From Perkinsela sp. CCAP 1560/9 (lineage: Eukaryota; Protista; Euglenozoa: Kinetoplastea), in assembly GCA_965644495.1 (NCBI GenBank), contig CBFFSA010000087.1, positions 1 through 14,815 on the forward strand: a stretch of 14,815 nt of DNA, given 5' to 3'. The notes beneath the pieces are model-generated. The model did not search any database and was not told the DNA's origin. It saw only the letters and a program-made list of their open reading frames with translations. Shown here piece after piece: positions 10,990-14,815 of this stretch; the first letter of the stretch is position 1, and every line of letters begins with the position of its first letter. Made by a program: the position numbers and the translations under genes.

Positions 10990-12543
10990 ATGGCTGACCA
11001 CTTCAAGACAACTCTGAACGGTTCTGACCACGAAAAACTTCACGAATTGTGTTCATTCACTTACAAGGAACAAGCTGTGTGGTATTTGAATGCCTTTTGG
11101 GAATCTGGGTTGCAAGAACAAGCTGAAAAGCTTTGGGATTACGTTCAAAAAGCCTCTGTAATTGACAACGCAAAAGCAACTGGAAATGCTCTTGATGAAA
11201 TGGAAGCTCACCGCTTTTTGGAAGCTTTTCATGAGGTTTATTGACTTTTTTCTTTTCTTTTTGGAGTGAAGCATTTTTTAACAATATTACACTTTTCTCA
11301 CACTTTCTTTTCAAAGGCACACACAGTTTTGGAAATGCGTTCTCAATTGAGAAAGACTGGTGCTTTGGGAGAAAATGAACGCCCAAAAGAAGTTCCTTTG
11401 ACTCATTTCTTACTTTTTAAATATGGGAACTCTTGGAAGACACTTGTCAATGCTCCCCAAGGAGATAATTCTGCCAAAATTGCTGAAGCTCAAGACAAAT
11501 TACAAGCTGTCCAAGATGCCTTTGATGCTTCAACCAAAGCTGATGCAGAAGCCACTGCTGCGTTGAAGGAATCTGTTGCTCGTGAAGGAGCAGCAAAAGC
11601 GTCTGAACAAGAAGCACTTGCACGAGAAGCAACAGCGAAATCAACTGAAGCTGCAGCTCTTGCTCGAGAACAAGAAGCTGTTGCAACTGAAACAGAAGCC
11701 AAGGCAAGAGAGGCTGAAGCATTGGCCAATGAGAATGAAGCAAAAGCAAGAGAAGCTCAAGCTGTTTCAACTGAGAAAGAAGCTGTTGCTCGAGAACAAG
11801 ATGCGAAAGCTGCTGAAGCTCCTTTCAAAGCCGCTGAAGCTCCTTTTAAAGCTGCCCAAGACGAAGTCGAAGCTGCTTTGGCTGAAGTAAAAGCTCAAGA
11901 AGATGCTTACAACAAGAAAACTGAAGATCTCAAAAAGGCTTCTGAAGAAGGAGGTGTTGTTTCTCGAAATCGTGCGAAAGTGAGTCTTGATGCTCATTTG
12001 GCTGAAGATCCTTTACCTCTTCGAAAAGCTAAGATTACATTGGAAGCTGCAAACAAAAGAGCTGAAAAGGCTCGTGCTCCATTCTTGGAAGCTCGTGCTC
12101 CATTCCTTGCTGCGACTGAAGCTGCTGAATCTGCTCGTAAGATTGCTGAAGATGCTCGACAAGCTGCTGAAGCATCTCGAAAAGAAGCTGAATCTTCTCG
12201 TCAACAAGCTGAATCTGCTCGACAAGCTGCAGAAGCATCTCGAAAACAAGCTGAAGCTGCTCGACAAGCTGCTGAAGCTGCTCGAAAACAAGCTGAAGCT
12301 GCTCGTGAAGAAGCTGTGAATGATCGAAAACAAGCTGAAGCTGCTCGTGCTGCTGCTGAAGATGCTAAAGCTCGAGCTGAAGCTGCTGTTCTTGCTGCTC
12401 AAGAATCTGTAAAAGAAGCTGAAGCTCTTTTGGCTGATTTGATGGCGAATCCTGGAAGTGGGCAAGGTGCTTTGTTTTGGATTGAGCGAGAGTTGACAGA
12501 AAAGAAGAAGTTTATGCCTGTTTCTAAGGGTGGTATTCGTTAA
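10990..12543 (+). CDS. ABP34-like coiled-coil protein, copy 4 (longest), 490 aa
   Basis: Exons 10990-11235 and 11317-12543; intact frame and same motifs. Confidence 0.85.
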
Positions 12544-12652
12544 TTTGGATTTCAAATGAATTTCAAAAGAAATAAAAATTATTTCAAAAATCAAATTTCA
12601 GACTTTATTCATAACACTCCATCTTTTTTCAACAATTTCATTGTTGTTTTTT

Positions 12653-13707
12653 TCACAGATTGTGTTGGAGATATTGTTCAGGGGGAGGAATGGGTTCGTT
12701 AACTGCAAAAAAATGCGCAATTGTGCAAGCAGAAGTGTGATCAAGAGGAGAATTTTCAAGAATCTCTTCCTCTGAACTCATTGCCACATTTCTCAAATTT
12801 CCAATACATTTTAAAAGAAGGGAACAATTTCTTTCACTTTCACCTGTTAAAGAGAGAAGACCACTCGCTGCTTCTTCGTTTATGAATTTGCTTTCGTTCT
12901 AAAGAGAGGGTTTCATTTTTGATTTCTCACAAGAAAACAGAGGATGAAGAGAAGTTGAACTTGTTGGATTCTCGTGTTCAATTGTTGAATTTCGCTCTCT
13001 GTCATTGTGAGGACAATTTCGGACCTAACCTCAAACTTTACACAAAGATTTTGACAAAACAAGAGTCGGAGGGGGAAGAAGGAGTGAACAGAGAAAAAGA
13101 CATGATTGAATAACAATGTTCCTCTGAACGGCATGGGAGAAGAGAAATTGGTGAAGCCCCAAGCCTTTCGTTTTCTCAAAAAATCAGCAGATTCTTTGTG
13201 AATTGTTTTTAAGAGAAAATTGAACCTGGATTGAATCCAAAAGAAACCATCATAAGACTTGGGTGATTCGCAAATGAACAAGACATAAGAGTACTGAAAA
13301 CTTTCACCAAAGGTAATGATTCTTTGGATCAGATCATGCGACATCATGTCAACTTGTTGGTCCGTCATGTCAAAGACCAAAAATGAAACCCCTTTGGAGG
13401 TTGTAAAAATATAATCCTTTCAAATGGGGGGGTCATTTAGTTATTTGTTGAATATCTCCAGAATTTTGCAAACCGCGTTTTGAGTTTTTTCAGAGACTGA
13501 AAAATTCATCATCTTCAGTGTGTGTGTGTGTTCAACTTGAAGCAAAAGTTCTTCGCTTGCACAAAATTGTAATTGAAAGAAGAAACCTCGAACTAAATAA
13601 TTTTGAGCTCTCAAACTCCTCGTAATTGAATTGCCTTCCCATTTACGACTCACAATAACAGCTTTTTGGGGACGACGTTGTTGATGATGATGATTCGTTT
13701 GATTCAT
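12653..13707 (-). CDS. SPO16: ERCC1-like protein resembling SPO16/C1orf146(SCRE)/PARTING DANCERS (degenerate XPF-ERCC4-type domain plus C-terminal helix-hairpin-helix), about 235 aa, 6 exons
   Basis: Exons (minus) 13707-13587, 13496-13474, 13416-13226, 13164-13102, 13024-12961, 12898-12653 (708 nt, GT-AG, frame-consistent). Spliced protein contains AVIVSRKW...YLVRVSEKTQNADYIFTTSKGVSFLVFD...LIQRIITFGESFQYSYVLF...FFWIQSRLGASPISLLPC, similar to recalled C1orf146 ([27 protein letters not shown]...FLAKIEKFINIHQNSFLVL...MFRIQQRFLGCNLRILPV). It also contains LLKCIGNLRNVAMSSEEEILENSPLDHTSACTIAHFF, similar to recalled PTD [37 protein letters not shown]. FAAP24 is the alternative assignment. Confidence 0.7.
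13518..13531. repeat. (GT)n microsatellite in intron 1 of the SPO16-like gene
   Basis: GT run of about 7 units. Confidence 0.75.
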
Positions 13708-14031
13708 TTTCCGAGAAAACAAAACGACAAAAGACAGAAAAATCAACGAAAAAGGGATTTTACGTCACTACCTTGAAGATCTCTGGGGTGATTTTGATGA
13801 TGACATCATCTTCATTGTTTGTAGTGAATGAGAAAAAAATAATTGGATATTATGGTTTTTTGAGTATAAAAAAATTGTCAAAAAGACGAAGGGAGTAATT
13901 CAGGTAATATTCGCTGCAAGTGAGAAAAAACAGATTTTGAACATCTGTCTCTTTTTCAACATTTTCTTTTTGCTTTCTTGCAAATCCTTTTTCTCTCAAA
14001 CTTTTTGAATCTTTTTCAAAAAATTGAAATT
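13708..14031. promoter_or_regulatory. Divergent promoter region between the SPO16-like gene and the last ORF
   Basis: 324 nt between opposing ATGs. Contains TTACGTCA (13760-13767) and the palindrome GATGATG-A-CATCATC (13796-13810). Confidence 0.45.
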
Positions 14032-14815
14032 ATGGCGTCTGTTCGTGGACCTGTCAAGTCTGTTTCTGCTGTTTCAGATCGTCATTATGTTTTCCCAAAG
14101 TTCGGTTCCAAAAAAGTGAAGAAGGAGAAAGATTTTGCGGATTCGGTTCTGAAATCTTGCGGGATCAACTTGGTTGGATTTTTTTATCCTCCCCCAGAAC
14201 TCGAAATCGAAGAGAACAAACCAATTTTGAAAAAAGAAGAAGAGAAAGAAGAAGAAGAAGAAGAAGAAGAAGAAGAATTGGTGGAAGAAATCCCCAAGGA
14301 GGAAGAATTGGCCTATGACGAAGAAATTGCCTGTGACGAGGATGATTGTTTTTCTGATGAATACTATGAAAACTTGTGTGCTGAATATGAATACGAAGAA
14401 TCTTTTTCTGAATCTCGTTATTATGCTACCTATGAGGATTATTACTACGAGGAGTGCTACTGCTGTGATCCGGATCCCTTAACCGATTTTGATAATCATT
14501 GTTTTGATGCTGCTTCCGAGTGGGAAGGAATCATGTTCGGAAATAAGAGTTCTTATCGAAGAAAGGATCGAGACCAGAAGATCGAGCGATTTGATCATAA
14601 GCGTTATGTGAGCCACCGTGAGGCTGCTGATTATTCTCTTTTCACTCGAAGACCCAACAAATACGTCACTACTGGAGTTGTGATTGACCTTCCTCCCCCA
14701 ACAGAAAAATCCGGGCGTCGTGCTCGTCCTTCTCGATTTGCCCCTCCACCTTCTCGCTCCTCCTATGTCCCTCCAGTTTCTTCCTATTCTTCCTCTTATC
14801 GTCCCTCCTCCTATG
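14032..14815 (+). CDS. Hypothetical protein, 5' part (>260 aa, truncated); poly-Glu, Tyr/Asp/Glu/Cys-rich segment, basic segment, Ser/Pro/Tyr-rich segment
   Basis: ATG at 14032 after an AT-rich leader; open to the window end (MASVRGPVKSVSAVSDRHYVFPKFG...EEEEEEEEEE...YEDYYYEECYCCDPDP...SSYRPSSY). It is absent from the ORF track because no stop codon lies in the window. No family recognised. Confidence 0.8.
   Translation, partial: MASVRGPVKSVSAVSDRHYVFPKFGSKKVKKEKDFADSVLKSCGINLVGFFYPPPELEIEENKPILKKEEEKEEEEEEEEEELVEEIPKEEELAYDEEIACDEDDCFSDEYYENLCAEYEYEESFSESRYYATYEDYYYEECYCCDPDPLTDFDNHCFDAASEWEGIMFGNKSSYRRKDRDQKIERFDHKRYVSHREAADYSLFTRRPNKYVTTGVVIDLPPPTEKSGRRARPSRFAPPPSRSSYVPPVSSYSSSYRPSSY

Larger units (their letters stand above)
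6095..12543 (+). repeat. Tandem array of four 1.5-1.7 kb gene units with internal 21-bp (heptad) coding minisatellites
   Basis: ATGs at 6211, 7813, 9347 and 10990. Coding parts are nearly identical while introns and spacers have diverged. 21-nt units such as aaacaagctgaagctgctcgt recur in each copy. Confidence 0.97.

Noticed and set aside
6541-12543. Bacterial TolA or horizontal-transfer interpretation of the Ala/Glu/Lys-rich ORFs
   Set aside because: The similarity would be compositional only. There is no N-terminal transmembrane anchor, the genes have spliceosomal introns, and the flanking motifs match the ABP34 family.
6659-12594. Many antisense and alternate-frame ORFs (Ser/Phe-rich, Leu/Lys-rich, Leu/Gln-rich) repeated over the array
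   Set aside because: These are shadows of GCT/GAA/AAA/CGA-biased repetitive codons; they recur only because the real genes recur.
13770-13820. TGATGA motif with hairpin, as a possible C/D snoRNA
   Set aside because: No convincingly placed CTGA D box with terminal stem or recognisable guide; kept only as a promoter palindrome.

Overview
Compact, AT-rich, intron-dense eukaryotic DNA, most likely from an amoebozoan-type protist (inferred from the ABP34-family genes, 57-151 nt introns and frequent GTTTGT/GTTT donors). Manual splicing gives nine genes. In order: the 5' part of a type I metacaspase with a long Pro/Gly/Tyr prodomain (-); a 12-exon DDX3/Ded1 DEAD-box helicase (+); a 4-exon Pol-beta-superfamily nucleotidyltransferase (-); a head-to-tail array of four ABP34-like actin-bundling genes with long Ala/Glu/Lys/Arg coiled-coil inserts (+); a 6-exon ERCC1-like gene resembling the meiotic crossover factor SPO16/C1orf146/PARTING DANCERS (-); and a truncated acidic orphan ORF (+). 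The most striking observation is in the array. The four near-identical paralogues (448, 420, 476, 490 aa) differ by whole-heptad indels that are exactly matched in two separate arms (5/7, 3/5, 7/9, 8/10 heptads). This implies an antiparallel coiled-coil stalk whose length is graded across copies, a possible molecular-ruler family of actin cross-linkers. All family assignments come from motif recognition and recalled sequences, not from database searches.
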